Below, piece by piece: positions 1 through 8,740 of a DNA stretch of 32,928 nucleotides. The DNA is from Prochloron sp. SP5CPC1 (GTDB lineage Bacteria > Cyanobacteriota > Cyanobacteriia > Cyanobacteriales > Prochloraceae), in the NCBI GenBank assembly GCA_014323965.1, contig JACONB010000017.1, positions 1 through 32,928 on the forward strand, in the 5' to 3' direction. The notes under the pieces were generated by a model. It did not search any database. It was not told the DNA's origin and saw only the letters and a program-made list of their open reading frames with translations. The position numbers were made by a program, and so were the translations under genes. How positions within the stretch are numbered: position 1 is the stretch's first letter; each line of letters begins with the position of its first letter.

Positions 1-1
1 A

Positions 2-1099
2 GGAATTACTGTCTTTGAAACGAAAACTGGGACGGAGGATGTGGCGGCAGCAATCCTTGGTAATAAATTGGTTTTGTCCTCTGCGCCAGATGGGGTGGAA
101 TCTGCCATCGATACCTTTAAAGACTCAAAATCTTTGGCCCGCAAAGAAGGAGCCAAAAAGCTTTTAGCCGGGAAATCGGCGGTGAAAAAACCAATTTTCA
201 AGCTATATGTGCAATCGCCGGAACTCCTGGAACAGTTGGCAGCATTAGAGTCCGTAGTAATGGGAATAGGTTTCCAGGAAGAAGGACTGCGCTTGCAAGT
301 CTTAACTTCCTTTAATCCCGACGCCCTAAAACATGACTTCAAACCCGGTAAAAGCAAAATTGTCTCTCGATTTCCCGCTGAAACCTTCGCCTTGGTTAGT
401 GGGAGAGAAATGAACAAGATTTGGTCCGAGATAGTAGAGCAAAGTGCAGCATTACCGGAGTTGGAGCAAGCATTAAATTACTCTAGAGATTCCTTTGAGT
501 TGATAAATCTCGACCTGGATGAGGATATTTTTTGCTGGATGAATGGAGAATTCGCCTTGAGTCTGATTGGGGTGAATGAAGGTATATTCAGAGAATTTGG
601 TATCGGTACCTCAGCAATATTCCAAACGAGCGATTGGGAGACGGCTAACAGAACCCTGGCTAAATTGGAAGATTTGGCGGTCCAAAATCCGGATGTCGCC
701 ATAGATCGCCGCACTGTCCAGGACAAAACAATCGTCCAATGGAAAACGCCACTAGGAGAAGTACTCTTATCCTATGGTTGGCTAGATAATAATTCCCTGG
801 CTATGGCTTGGGGGAGTCATGAAGCAGATATCCTCAAGGTTCGCCCGAAAACTTCTCTAGCTCAAAGCCAAAACTTTAAAGCCATGACAGGTTCTTTGCC
901 CCAAAAGAATTTCGGCTACTTTTATTTCGATATGGCAAAAGCAACGGCGGCATTCAAGTATTACAATGAGCTGCCCCCGGAAACCAGGGAAATTCTCGAT
1001 TCGATCCGAGGTATTGGGGCTACCACCATTCTGAAGGATAGTTCCACCAGGGAACTGGATCTCTTATTACACCTCCAACCCCTACAGGGCGCTCAGTAA
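2..1099 (+). CDS. conserved cyanobacterial hypothetical protein (DUF3352-like), 5' end outside the window
   Basis: The frame of ORF 41..1099 stays open back to nt 2, so the gene enters from upstream. The ORF is long with coding-like composition. The family name is recalled from similar cyanobacterial proteins; no diagnostic motif was seen. Confidence 0.6.
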   Translation, partial: GITVFETKTGTEDVAAAILGNKLVLSSAPDGVESAIDTFKDSKSLARKEGAKKLLAGKSAVKKPIFKLYVQSPELLEQLAALESVVMGIGFQEEGLRLQVLTSFNPDALKHDFKPGKSKIVSRFPAETFALVSGREMNKIWSEIVEQSAALPELEQALNYSRDSFELINLDLDEDIFCWMNGEFALSLIGVNEGIFREFGIGTSAIFQTSDWETANRTLAKLEDLAVQNPDVAIDRRTVQDKTIVQWKTPLGEVLLSYGWLDNNSLAMAWGSHEADILKVRPKTSLAQSQNFKAMTGSLPQKNFGYFYFDMAKATAAFKYYNELPPETREILDSIRGIGATTILKDSSTRELDLLLHLQPLQGAQ

Positions 1100-1206
1100 A
1101 GCCCGTTTTAACTGCTCAACGCTCTTGTAGACTGTCAATTCAAGCCAAGTCCATGACCTGGGCTAGTTTTTGGGGAGTACTTCTATTTCGCTTATTGCTC
1201 AATTTA

Positions 1207-1575
1207 TTAACCTTTCGGGCGTGCGCCTGGAACGTTAACCAAGTTATCTTTCGAGGCTTCAATTCTTGGGGATAATATTTTCACACCAGCAAGGTGAGGC
1301 TCTCCAGAAACTGCTTGTTTGAATAAGTCTTTGGCCACACTGAAAAAATTAGGCTTTTGATACTCAGTTTCATTAGGTATAATCGATAATTTTTGCTCTT
1401 GAACAGCAGATATATTTTCTGTTTTTGATTCATTTGAATCTACTTCTATAACTACTTTTAAGACCCTATTGCCTACCTTAATTTCATCTCCGTTTTTCAG
1501 CTTATACTTGGATTTGGGGTGGTTGAGGACTAGTGAGGTCCCGTTGCCACTGCTTAAATCGCCAACGCCGATCAC
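1207..1575 (-). CDS. FHA-domain fragment protein (only the C-terminal half of an FHA fold; possible gene remnant)
   Basis: GDLSSGNGTSLVLN...LKNGDEIKVGNRVLKVV matches the DLxSxNGT...GDxIxxG half of FHA domains. The N-terminal GR...SRxH half is absent. The frame is closed by a TAA about 50 nt upstream of the GTG, and only 84 nt separate it from the next gene. Confidence 0.4.
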   Translation of the reverse strand: MIGVGDLSSGNGTSLVLNHPKSKYKLKNGDEIKVGNRVLKVVIEVDSNESKTENISAVQEQKLSIIPNETEYQKPNFFSVAKDLFKQAVSGEPHLAGVKILSPRIEASKDNLVNVPGARPKG

Positions 1576-1659
1576 TGGAGGGGTACTTTGGCCATTGATT
1601 CTGAAGTAAATTTTTTGGACTTTAGCTTAAGCTTGAGAACAGATCTGTTTTGGCATTGA

Positions 1660-2523
1660 TTAGATATTTCGTGCTGCCTCGAGCAAGTGCTCGTGAACTT
1701 CTGTTGTCGCAGCAATAATCAGTCCGGGTAGGCGATACCCTTTACAACTATGAAGTGGTGGTAGGGGTGAACCATCTAGAGTAGTGACTAGATAACCCGC
1801 CTCTCTGGCGATAAAAGCAAGTGCTCCTGCGTCAATGAATTGAGCCGATCTTACCGCAGCAGCGCACACATCCCCTGTGAGAATTCCGTTGAGATTGGGA
1901 ATTTGCACTTGGGTAGAATAACAGTTAGCCAAATCTATTACTTCGTATCTATCCTCAAGGAACGGTTTGAGCTTGTCCATCTCCAATCCCAAATAAATAG
2001 TAGACTCTCGTGGGTTAATTTCCAGGGGCACCGAATCTTCCCAATCCCCGGAAAGAGAACCAGTATAAGCACCGTGACCCCCCAGAGCATAATAGTAGGT
2101 GTTTTGAGCAGGAGAAATGGCTAAAACACCCTCAAAGTCATCCCGGTTGAGAATGCCAAGGATTATCTGGTAGTTACCATGTCCGTCTAGGTAGAATTTC
2201 GTGCCGTCAATGGGATCTAGAGTAACTAGGTAGTCTCCCGTGGAACCTAAATCGATAGCACGAAAATATTTAGTATTGTGCGACTGCTCGTATTCTTCAC
2301 CGAAAAAACGAATATCCGGAAAAAATGCCAACAAAACCACCTCAATCATATTCTGGATCGACAAATCCGCATCCGTCAAAGCCGCAGTAAACAAATTGTC
2401 CTTTTGCGCTTTTGCCGGCAGGGCGGTTATTTTCGGTTGGAGAGTCCGAGCATAAGCAGCCACTACTTTCAAATAGGGAAACAAAGTTGCCAAAATAAAG
2501 CCAGGGGTGGGTGAAGATGACAT
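1660..2523 (-). CDS. inositol monophosphatase / FBPase-fold family phosphatase
   Basis: FFGEEYE metal-binding motif, LDPIDGTKFY (DPIDGT) motif and C-terminal D-AGA...EAG motif, typical of the IMPase family. 287 aa. Confidence 0.8.
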   Translation of the reverse strand: MSSSPTPGFILATLFPYLKVVAAYARTLQPKITALPAKAQKDNLFTAALTDADLSIQNMIEVVLLAFFPDIRFFGEEYEQSHNTKYFRAIDLGSTGDYLVTLDPIDGTKFYLDGHGNYQIILGILNRDDFEGVLAISPAQNTYYYALGGHGAYTGSLSGDWEDSVPLEINPRESTIYLGLEMDKLKPFLEDRYEVIDLANCYSTQVQIPNLNGILTGDVCAAAVRSAQFIDAGALAFIAREAGYLVTTLDGSPLPPLHSCKGYRLPGLIIAATTEVHEHLLEAARNI

Positions 2524-2676
2524 GTTAAAAATATAAAGTAGTCATTTTGGTACTAGCTTTGCATCTCAATTTCTAAAGTGATGAGCAACCGTGATATATC
2601 TTGCTACAATCCCCATTATAGAGACAATTGGGGTAATTGTCAAGTGTAGGTAGAGGTTTTATTACTTTAATCCCAA

Positions 2677-3788
2677 CTATAGCCTGCTTACGGGGGTAGG
2701 GAACAGGTTGTGAATGTATCTTTCCCGCACTACAGGAGGGTCTTCAGCCCATTTCCAGAGACTTTCATAAAAAAAGAAAGATACGCCAGCAAAACCCCGT
2801 TCACGCACTTCCTGGACTTGAGAGGAGATTTCACTCATAGAAGTTGGACGATTCTTCAGACCGCTCAAAATTCCGATTGCCACGGGAATATTATTTTTTG
2901 CCAGCTCTACTTCCACCCTTTCCAATTCTAACACAAAATGTTCTAATTCGGAACGATATACCTGGAGGACTATTTCCGAGATATACCCCTTTCTTTCCCA
3001 AGTCAACCAATCCTGTAAATAAGCAGGCAAAGAAAAATGTAAAGGATTGGGAGAAACGGAAATGATACAATCTGGTTTAATCTCTTTAATTGTAGCAGAT
3101 AATCGCCCCATAAACTCGTTAATCTTATCCGCTCGCCACCGTACCCAGAAAGTTTCCGAAAAACTCTCCGGAGGAGACAAACCCTTCAATTCACCCTGGT
3201 ACATTTCCACCGTTAACTCATCATAGCCAAATTCGGCGGGTAAACCGAAATGGTTTGCTGTACTTCTGGATGATTTGGATTGAGCCAAACTCGCCTATCT
3301 TCACCTTGTATGTGGATATAACTACCGTCGTGACGATATGTTAACCAATCAGGGTGTTTTTGGACTAATTCGGAATCCGCAGGAGCCATGAAACCAAATT
3401 CCAACCAAGGAATGACAGTTAAACCTCTTTTATGTCCCTGTTGAACTAATTCTCGAAGTAAATCTCGCTTTTGTAGTCCGGGGGTGGGATCTACCGCTAC
3501 GCCAAATACTTCTTCAGCGACTTTGCTAGGATAGAGAGTATAGCCTCCTTGCCAAACCGTAGGATATACGGTATTGAAATTGAATTTTTGCAGGCGCTTT
3601 AAAGCTGCTTTTGTCCCTCGACGAGAGAAAAGGACGTCGCTGTCTACATTGGTGAGCCAAACGCCCCTAATTTCCCGCTCTGGATTTATTGCACCCACGT
3701 GAGGTACCCTGGTTACAACTAGGGTGATTGTGATGAGGGAGGTGAGTAATAGGGCAATGAACCCCTTGTATCTTTGCATAAACATCAT
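2677..3788 (-). pseudogene. glycoside hydrolase-like family 10 (GHL10/DUF187) protein, disrupted by an internal out-of-frame deletion
   Basis: Two overlapping minus-strand ORFs (3213..3851 and 2677..3288) carry the N- and C-terminal parts of one protein. These are signal peptide, EIRGVWLTNVDSDVLF...IPWLEFGFMAPADSEL...WLNPNHPEVQQ, then in another frame NHFGLPAEFGYDE... The frames switch near 3253-3255. Confidence 0.75.
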
Positions 3789-4134
3789 CTTGAACGAAAG
3801 CTTCGGAGATTTTGGCAGCGCAAGAACATAAGGGAGACTCTGACAGCCCATTGTTTTGCGCGCTGTTGGGTAAAAACAGTATCGGAATGCTTTCTATGTT
3901 ATATTCTACTTTATTGTTGTTCTAGGTTTAGCGCAGACTTTGGGCGGTTTCATCAAACTGTAGCGCTGCGCGCGAGTGTAGGGAAGCTGATTTCCCTTGC
4001 TATATAAAGGTTTGAGCAATAGGACGCCAAGGGCGGGACGCTTACGCAAAGCTTCGCAATCATTTTTTGAATCTGTAAAGAGCCCGCGCAAACTGCTATA
4101 CTGTTTTTATTGACGAGTTACGAAAAAATCCTGT

Positions 4135-4449
4135 ATGAGGTTGAAAATGCTTTTTGAAGAATACAACAAGTTGAATCTCAGTAACAAGCAAAGGACACTG
4201 ATTTGGGAATTGAAAAAAAGAGGATTTGGTTCTGAAATCACGGCGATGCTCTTCGCAATGCTGTATTGTCTAGATAATAAGATTGAATTCAAGTTGTCAT
4301 CCAAGTATTCTAACATCGCATTTGAAAAAGGTTGGACAGATTATTTTGAGAGCTTTTGTGATGAGTGTGACTTTTGGTTTTTTAGAGACTGGTATGACTA
4401 TTATGGGCCTCTATATCATAAAAATAATACCTTAAAAAATTATTTTTAA
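4135..4449 (+). CDS. GT23-like (NodZ/FUT8-type) fucosyltransferase, N-terminal piece of a split gene
   Basis: KKRGFGSEITAMLFAMLYCLDNKIEF resembles the N-terminal GFG(S/D)...A segment of NodZ-type transferases. The TAA stop (4447-4449) overlaps the ATG of the next ORF. The region is visibly more AT-rich than its neighbours. Confidence 0.5.
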   Translation: MRLKMLFEEYNKLNLSNKQRTLIWELKKRGFGSEITAMLFAMLYCLDNKIEFKLSSKYSNIAFEKGWTDYFESFCDECDFWFFRDWYDYYGPLYHKNNTLKNYF

Positions 4450-5108
4450 TGTCATTCTATCGCAAACCAGTTCAGCGGTTAAGTGACGTGTGGCAGGCTG
4501 TTAGGAATGATAGTTTCCTCAATAAGCAGTTTTATATTCCCGAACTCCAGATTAATGGTGATGGGTATCATGCTGTACAGGTACTAACTAGAGTTATTTG
4601 GCGAATAAGGCCGGAAATCAGGCAAATTATAGAGCAGCATAAAAACAATTTAAATTTAGGACATTTACCCTATGCTGGTCTATGGATCCGAAGAGGGGAC
4701 AAGATAAATGAAGCCAGTTACGTTGCAGTAAGTGAATATGCGAAAAAAGTCAAAGAGCTGAATTCTGACATCCACAGAGTGTTTATTGACACCGATGACT
4801 ACAGATGTGTTGAAGAATTCAAGCAGCTCAACCCGGGTTGGGAAGTTTTTACGATGTGCGATACCCAAAAAAGGGGGCATTATCAATTTAATTTCAATCA
4901 ACAAACACCTGTAGAGCGGAGGCGAGAAATTATCCAACTGCTCACTATAATTGACATACTCAAAGAGTCAACGTTCTTCATTGGTACATTCTCCTCTAAC
5001 TTTGCTCGCCTCGTTGGCTTACTAAAAGGCATAGAAACCTGCTACAGTCTAGACGCTAACGCTTCGACTAGAATATTGTTAACCCGTCATGCTAGGACAC
5101 GATTATAA
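4449..5108 (+). CDS. GT23-like (NodZ/FUT8-type) fucosyltransferase, C-terminal catalytic piece
   Basis: WIRRGDK (the HxRRxDK fucosyltransferase motif) and DILKESTFFIGTFSSNFARLVGLL (compare FUT8 ...FLVCTFSSQVCRVAYE). This frame is open only from 4428. Confidence 0.6.
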   Translation: MSFYRKPVQRLSDVWQAVRNDSFLNKQFYIPELQINGDGYHAVQVLTRVIWRIRPEIRQIIEQHKNNLNLGHLPYAGLWIRRGDKINEASYVAVSEYAKKVKELNSDIHRVFIDTDDYRCVEEFKQLNPGWEVFTMCDTQKRGHYQFNFNQQTPVERRREIIQLLTIIDILKESTFFIGTFSSNFARLVGLLKGIETCYSLDANASTRILLTRHARTRL

Positions 5109-5167
5109 GGAAGTTGGATACAGGGAAAGAAAAATGTCCTAATCAGAAAGAACTTAAGGAGAAAAAG

Positions 5168-5929
5168 ATGGCTACTTTAACAGCAAAACACGAGATTACT
5201 TGGGAAAAGCTACCAAAAGACTTTATTTTACCAGACGATCCAGTGGACAATATTAATCAGCCTGCCCTAGCAGCAGCTCTCACCGACAGCTTGGAAGCAG
5301 GAGGTATAGTAACCCCTAAAACCCTCACAATAACCAATTACGGCATTTGTGCCACCCTCAATGGGAAAACGGTGGTGAAAGCACCAGACTGGGGGTACAT
5401 AGCCAATATTAGCACCACTCGTGAAGAAGTCATTCGCAGTTATACCCCCCATTTGCAAGGAGAAATACCCACTATTGTCATGGAGTTTCTCTCAGATAGT
5501 GAGGGAGGGGAATACTCCACCAAACCAACTTATCCTCCCGGGAAGTGGTTCTTCTACGAACAAGTGTTGCAAGTGCCCTGCTATGCTATTTTTGATTGCG
5601 AAGCAACCGCCCTTGGCGTCCCCAGAGAAGGTGCTCTAGAAGTTTATCGTTTAGATAAATCGAAACAATATCAGTTGCAAAAGCCAGATAACAACGGACG
5701 TTATTGGATCGAAGGGATGAACTTATACCTGGGAGTCTGGGAAGGAACCAGAGAACGTCGCAGGGGTTACTGGTTACGGTGGTGGAACGAAGACGGGGAG
5801 TTGTTATTGTGGAGTTTGGAGTTAGCCCAACGAGAAAAGCAACGAGCAGATCTGGAACGACAACTAGCCTCCGAAGAAGATCGCTTATTGCAACAACTTC
5901 GAGCTGCTGGACTGGAACCGGAAGAATAA
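5168..5929 (+). CDS. Uma2 (DUF820) family endonuclease, cyanobacterial long form with C-terminal coiled coil
   Basis: ITWEKLPKDFILPDDPVDNINQPALAAAL...KAPDWGYI...VMEFLSD...GKWFFYE...GYWLRWWNEDGELL is the pattern of this cyanobacterial Uma2 subgroup. The ATG at 5168 is preceded by AAGGAGAAAAAG; the TTG at 5114 in the ORF track is less likely. Confidence 0.7.
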   Translation: MATLTAKHEITWEKLPKDFILPDDPVDNINQPALAAALTDSLEAGGIVTPKTLTITNYGICATLNGKTVVKAPDWGYIANISTTREEVIRSYTPHLQGEIPTIVMEFLSDSEGGEYSTKPTYPPGKWFFYEQVLQVPCYAIFDCEATALGVPREGALEVYRLDKSKQYQLQKPDNNGRYWIEGMNLYLGVWEGTRERRRGYWLRWWNEDGELLLWSLELAQREKQRADLERQLASEEDRLLQQLRAAGLEPEE

Positions 5930-5952
5930 AAATCTGGCAGGTATAATATGAG

Positions 5953-5981
5953 ATATAGCAATACCCCAAATATTGCTATAT
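5953..5981. repeat. perfect 11-bp inverted repeat ATATAGCAATA-N7-TATTGCTATAT between the two Uma2 genes
   Basis: Read directly: arms at 5953-5963 and 5971-5981. A TATAAT hexamer lies at 5942-5947, just upstream. Confidence 0.7.
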
Positions 5982-6027
5982 AACCCCGAACCACCCTCGT
6001 AACGCTATAAAAGAGGTAAGATAAATA

Positions 6028-6606
6028 ATGACCAATTTTGCAATTGATTTAAACTCTGTCATTCAACTCACAGATGATCAATTTTATCAACTGTGTCGGT
6101 ATAATCCCGATCTTAAATTTGAACGAAATGTGGAAGGAAAAATTATCGTTATGTCACCGACAGGGGGAGAAACGGGAAATCGCAATGTTGAAATTGCTGC
6201 TGATTTTGTTATCTGGAATCGAGAAACCCAGTTAGGAGAGGTATTTGATTCTTCCACGGGTTTCAAGTTACCCAACGGGGCAAATCGCTCTCCTGATGTC
6301 TCCTGGATTGAAAGGAAAAGATGGGATAAGTTAGCCCCAGAGCAAAAACGGAAATTTCCTCCTCTTGCTCCCGATTTTGTTTTGGAGTTAATTTCTCCTC
6401 ATGACAGTTTAAAGCAAAGCCAAGGTAAAATGGAAGAGTATATAATCAATAATGTCCGACTCGGTTGGTTAATCCACCCCCAGAAGCGCTTGGTGGAAAT
6501 TTATCGCCTAGGAAAGGAGGTTGAAGTATTACAATCTCCGGCAACTCTCTCAGGAGAAGATGTCTTACCAGGATTTGTCCTCAACTTAGCATCTGTTTGG
6601 TATTAA
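6028..6606 (+). CDS. Uma2 (DUF820) family endonuclease
   Basis: Classical Uma2 pattern: NPDLKFERNVEGKIIVMSPTGGETGNRN...SPDVSWI...PDFVLELISP...EYIINNVRLGWLIHPQKRLVEIY. 192 aa. Confidence 0.85.
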   Translation: MTNFAIDLNSVIQLTDDQFYQLCRYNPDLKFERNVEGKIIVMSPTGGETGNRNVEIAADFVIWNRETQLGEVFDSSTGFKLPNGANRSPDVSWIERKRWDKLAPEQKRKFPPLAPDFVLELISPHDSLKQSQGKMEEYIINNVRLGWLIHPQKRLVEIYRLGKEVEVLQSPATLSGEDVLPGFVLNLASVWY

Positions 6607-6629
6607 AGCCAAATGTTTAAACTCCAACA

Positions 6630-7274
6630 ATGTTCCCAGAATATCTGAAAGCAACAACAATTATTGATTGGCAAAACACAGCAGTGTTAAAGTTAGCGAG
6701 GTACCTGTCAGAGGGCAAGGAAAATGTAGAGGCGATTGCCCTTGCTTGTTTTGAGTGGGTTAGAGATGAAATTCGCCACAGTTTCGACTATCAAATGAAC
6801 CCCATTACCTGTCGCGCTTCGGAAGTATTGGCATCCAAAACTGGCTACTGCTATGCTAAAAGTCATTTACTTGCTGCTTTATTGAGAGCCAATGCCATTC
6901 CTACAGGTTTCTGCTATCAAAGATTAAGTGTCAACGACAATGGACCCCCCTACTGCTTGCATGGATTAAATGCCCTCTACCTCCCCAAAATTGGCTGGTA
7001 TCGCATGGATCCGAGAGGTAATAAAGCAGGAATTAATGCTCAGTTTACTCCACCTAAGGAGCAATTGGCTTATCAGATCAGGTTACCCGGTGAAGCAGAC
7101 TTGCCTCAAGTTTTTCCCGAACCCCTATCAATTGTAGTTCAAGCTTTGCAAACTGCACAAACCTACGACGAGCTATCCCATAATCTACCGGATATTGCTA
7201 TAAAATGTTTAAACTCGAAAATGTTGTTCCCTGGGGACGTTCCTTCCAGGAATACGTCAACATGTTTAATTTAA
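6630..7274 (+). CDS. transglutaminase-like cysteine protease superfamily protein
   Basis: KTGYCYAKSHLLAALLRANAIPTGFCY (catalytic Cys context), then HGLNALYL and WYRMDPRG (His/Asp context). The last 70 nt overlap the next gene in another frame. Confidence 0.7.
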   Translation: MFPEYLKATTIIDWQNTAVLKLARYLSEGKENVEAIALACFEWVRDEIRHSFDYQMNPITCRASEVLASKTGYCYAKSHLLAALLRANAIPTGFCYQRLSVNDNGPPYCLHGLNALYLPKIGWYRMDPRGNKAGINAQFTPPKEQLAYQIRLPGEADLPQVFPEPLSIVVQALQTAQTYDELSHNLPDIAIKCLNSKMLFPGDVPSRNTSTCLI

Positions 7275-7903
7275 CCCCTAATGACCTCAAAGAGTCAATT
7301 CTGGATTGTGGAGCTGGTCCTTCCAGCTTTAATGCGCAAATGACTCGTTCCGGGGGGAAAGTTATTTCCTGCGATCCCATCTATCAATTTACAGGGGAAG
7401 AGATTCAAAAGCGGATTCAAGCAACTTATCCTATGATAATATCTGATTTAGAGGAAAACTTTGATAAATTTGTCTGGAAAGACATGAAATCTCCCGAACA
7501 TTTGGGGCAAGTGAGAATGGCAGCGATGAACCGGTTTTTGGAGGATTTTACCCCAGGAATAAGAGAAGGACGTTACCAAATCCAGTCCTTACCATATCTT
7601 TCTTTCTCCACAGGTGAATTTGACATTGCTCTTTGTTCTCACTTTCTCTTTACTTACTCGGAGCAGTTTTCTAAAGACTTTCATTTAGCTGCTATTTTAG
7701 AGATGTGTCGAGTGGCCAAAGATGTGCGGGTGTTTCCCCTACTAAAGAATTTTACTGGGGAACCATCTCCTTATCTTGAACCAATTAAAGAAGCATTAGG
7801 TGCGAGAGGGTATAAAGTGACGATTGAGCAAGTGTCTTATGAGTTTCAACGAAATGGCGATCGCCTCTTACATATTACCAATACTAAATCTGGCAACCAA
7901 TAA
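7205..7903 (+). CDS. class I SAM-dependent methyltransferase
   Basis: ILDCGAGPSSFNA (SAM-binding motif I: DxGxGxG-like) and FDIALCSHFLF (motif II/III region). 232 aa. Confidence 0.75.
   Translation: MFKLENVVPWGRSFQEYVNMFNLTPNDLKESILDCGAGPSSFNAQMTRSGGKVISCDPIYQFTGEEIQKRIQATYPMIISDLEENFDKFVWKDMKSPEHLGQVRMAAMNRFLEDFTPGIREGRYQIQSLPYLSFSTGEFDIALCSHFLFTYSEQFSKDFHLAAILEMCRVAKDVRVFPLLKNFTGEPSPYLEPIKEALGARGYKVTIEQVSYEFQRNGDRLLHITNTKSGNQ
7857..7864. repeat. HIP1 octamer GCGATCGC
   Basis: Exact match. Confidence 0.95.
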
Positions 7904-7980
7904 TAAAATATAGTCTCGCCCTCGGCATCCGCGATGGCGAGGGCAAAGACGCGAAGGGGGGAAGGAGTGGTTTATTTTAT

Positions 7981-8014
7981 AGCAAAAACCGATACCCATT
8001 TTGAGGAATATCGG
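7981..8014 (-). terminator. candidate intrinsic terminator of the type II peroxiredoxin gene
   Basis: On the minus strand, CCGATA-N14-TATCGG is followed by TTTTTGCT. The stem is short. Confidence 0.3.
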
Positions 8015-8044
8015 CGAAAATCTGCGGTTGAAAATCCAGAGCTA

Positions 8045-8578
8045 CTAAGCTTTGGCTTCCTTGAGATATGCTAACATAGTATCTGCATCAGAGACTTCAA
8101 AGGGATCCGTAGGGCAGTTATCTTCGTATCCAGGTTCCACGAACATCTTTTCAATGTTACCATCCTTCACTACCATAGAATAGCGCCAGGAACGCATCCC
8201 AAAACCGAGATTATCTTTTTGTACCAACATTCCCATTTGACGGGTAAAATCGCCATTCCCGTCAGGTAACAAGAAGACTTTGCTCGCTCCTTGATGTTTT
8301 CCCCATTGGAACATGACAAAAGCATCGTTGACGGATAAGCAGATAACCTCGTCAACCCCTTGCGCTTTGATTTCGTCGTACAGTTCCTCGTACCGGGGCA
8401 GGTGAGTGGAGGAACAAGTGGGGGTAAAGGCACCGGGAAGTGAAAATACAACTACCCGCTTGCCGCCAAAAATTTCCTCACTAGTGCGATCTTGCCAGCG
8501 AAAGGGGTTGGGTCCACCGACGGACTCGTCCCGAACCCGGGTCTTGAAGACAACGTTGGGTACTTTATCTAGAGCCAT
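8045..8578 (-). CDS. type II (Prx5-like) peroxiredoxin
   Basis: [17 protein letters not shown] peroxidatic-Cys motif of the Prx5/type II subfamily. 177 aa. Divergent from a Fur/PerR gene, as at the Synechocystis sll1621/slr1738 locus. Confidence 0.85.
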   Translation of the reverse strand: MALDKVPNVVFKTRVRDESVGGPNPFRWQDRTSEEIFGGKRVVVFSLPGAFTPTCSSTHLPRYEELYDEIKAQGVDEVICLSVNDAFVMFQWGKHQGASKVFLLPDGNGDFTRQMGMLVQKDNLGFGMRSWRYSMVVKDGNIEKMFVEPGYEDNCPTDPFEVSDADTMLAYLKEAKA

Positions 8579-8635
8579 TTTCCTCTTTCTCCTTCTTGTA
8601 TGAGTATTCTGGAGCGTTTTTGCTCCTACTATCTC

Positions 8636-8646
8636 AGAATAATTCT
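8636..8646. promoter_or_regulatory. candidate PerR/Fur-type operator (AGAAT-A-ATTCT palindrome) in the prx/perR divergent promoter
   Basis: Perfect 5-1-5 AT-rich palindrome in the 162-nt divergent intergenic region. It is flanked by a direct repeat ATCTCAGAA (8631-8639 and 8648-8656). Confidence 0.35.
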
Positions 8647-8740
8647 AATCTCAGAAAAAGTCAATAGTAAGAAATACCTTTAGCCACTATTGACCAGGAA
8701 AAGCTAAGATAGTAGTATCTGTAAATCCGTGGGCGGAGCC

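Noticed and set aside
5586-5994. Several 75-127 aa ORFs on both strands over the 3' part of the first Uma2 gene.
   Set aside because: They overlap a well-supported CDS and are low-complexity translations of its coiled-coil region.
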